A DNA stretch of 64,000 bases from Paraspadella gotoi (taxonomy: Eukaryota; Animalia; Chaetognatha), in assembly GCA_051294375.1 (NCBI GenBank), contig CM119263.1, positions 3,924,161-3,988,160 of the forward strand, written 5' to 3'. Shown piece after piece: positions 63,231 through 64,000 of the stretch. The notes beneath the pieces are model-generated. The model searched no databases and was not told the origin of the DNA. It worked only from the letters and a program-made list of their open reading frames with translations. The position numbers were made by a program, and so were the translations under genes. Within the stretch, counting starts at the first letter, position 1. Every line of letters begins with the position of its first letter.

Positions 63231-63440
63231 AATCTTTCCTTCGTAGTGATTCTCAAGTCAATTAATCTTTCTTCTAATGATTTTCCAAGTCAGTACAATC
63301 TTTACTTCACGTAGTGATTTTTGCAAGACTGTATAATCTATCTGTCAGTAGTTGATATTTTCAAGTCAGTACATCTTTCTTCGTAGTGATTTTCAAAGAC
63401 TGATAAATCTTTTTCCGTTGTGATTTTCAAGTCATTGAGT
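63231..63440 (+). repeat. ~33-bp minisatellite, 6 copies (AATCTTTCTTCGTAGTGATTTTCAAG[TCAGTAC/ACTGTAT])
   Basis: Head-to-tail units without spacers; followed by (GGTACCG)n at 63457-63493. Confidence 0.85.
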
Positions 63441-63505
63441 AAAGTCATGACCACGAGGTACCGGGTACCGGGTACCGGGTTACAGGGTACCGGTAGCTAC
63501 CCTGC

Positions 63506-63588
63506 GGGAACGTGAGAAACGGCGTAAAACCGCCTTGGGGGCCAGGAAAACCCTCAAAGCCTGGTTCCAAGCCCAGAAACTCGTTCCC
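63506..63588 (+). ncRNA. Degenerate twister-like ribozyme motif (P5-type order)
   Basis: GGGAACG/CGTTCCC closing stem; GA-GAA; TAA-AACC-GC; P3 TTGGGGG/CCCTCAA; P4 CTGG-T-TCC-AA-GC-CCAG. The P2 partner (GGTT) is missing and T1 has one mismatch. Confidence 0.4.
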
Positions 63589-64000
63589 ATGGCTGCTGAG
63601 GGGGCAATTGAAGTATACAGGTAGTCGTCTTCAGCTCACTTAGCGCCTTATCCACAAAGTTAAATCTTTCTTCGTAAATAGAGACGAAGATCCGTGAAAA
63701 ATCGACAGGATAGAGTAAGTCAAAATAGAAAGAGGAGAGATATAGGTCAAGCATAGAGAAGAAGATTTTTTCATGGTGACCTTCGTGACGTCACTTCACG
63801 ATTCCATAGACGTCGCTCCGGGGTGGAGTAAGGGAAAAAAAAAGAAAACTCCTTATAGTCCCGTGGCCCCTGACCCCCTCTAAATGACCCCCCCTTAAAA
63901 CCCTCCTCTAGACCCCCAGGTGACCTCATGACCCTTCCTGATCCCGAGCGAAGCGAAACGACCGAAGCGCCCTCGCCCAAAACTCATCTTATCATTCAGT

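Noticed and set aside
63231-63440. CRISPR-like array of ~33-bp repeats (also 40221-40325)
   Set aside because: Units are head-to-tail with no unique spacers, there are no cas genes, and the context is eukaryotic; ordinary minisatellites.

Overview
Microsatellite-rich eukaryotic (probably invertebrate animal) draft sequence with no intact host protein-coding gene that I can support. Nearly all listed ORFs are translations of (AG)n/(TC)n, (GAC)n or N runs, or of insertion-riddled read noise. Much of the window looks like assembly artefact: an 11-kb fold-back (1-11272), tandem duplicated or triplicated blocks (15.3-31.6 kb, 40.8-49.7 kb, 49.9-57.7 kb) whose copies differ mostly by small indels, and eight gaps of exactly 25 N. 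Two real biological signals stand out. (1) A tRNA-headed, SINE-like family carries an embedded type-P5 twister ribozyme fold. The best copy is at 24785-24862 (duplicate 30375-30453), a diverged neighbour lacks the cleavage strand (25276-25344), a 5'-truncated minus-strand member is at about 44780-44882/48727-48841, and compensatory base changes are visible between members. An unrelated degenerate twister-like motif is at 63506-63588. (2) A 5.2-kb TIR DNA transposon (31583-36784) carries decayed CMC/EnSpm-like transposase and accessory genes, sits in TTAA with atypical (A)CGG ends, and its empty target site is present in the duplicated block at 25962-25965. Family assignments rest on motif recall and manual folding, not database searches.
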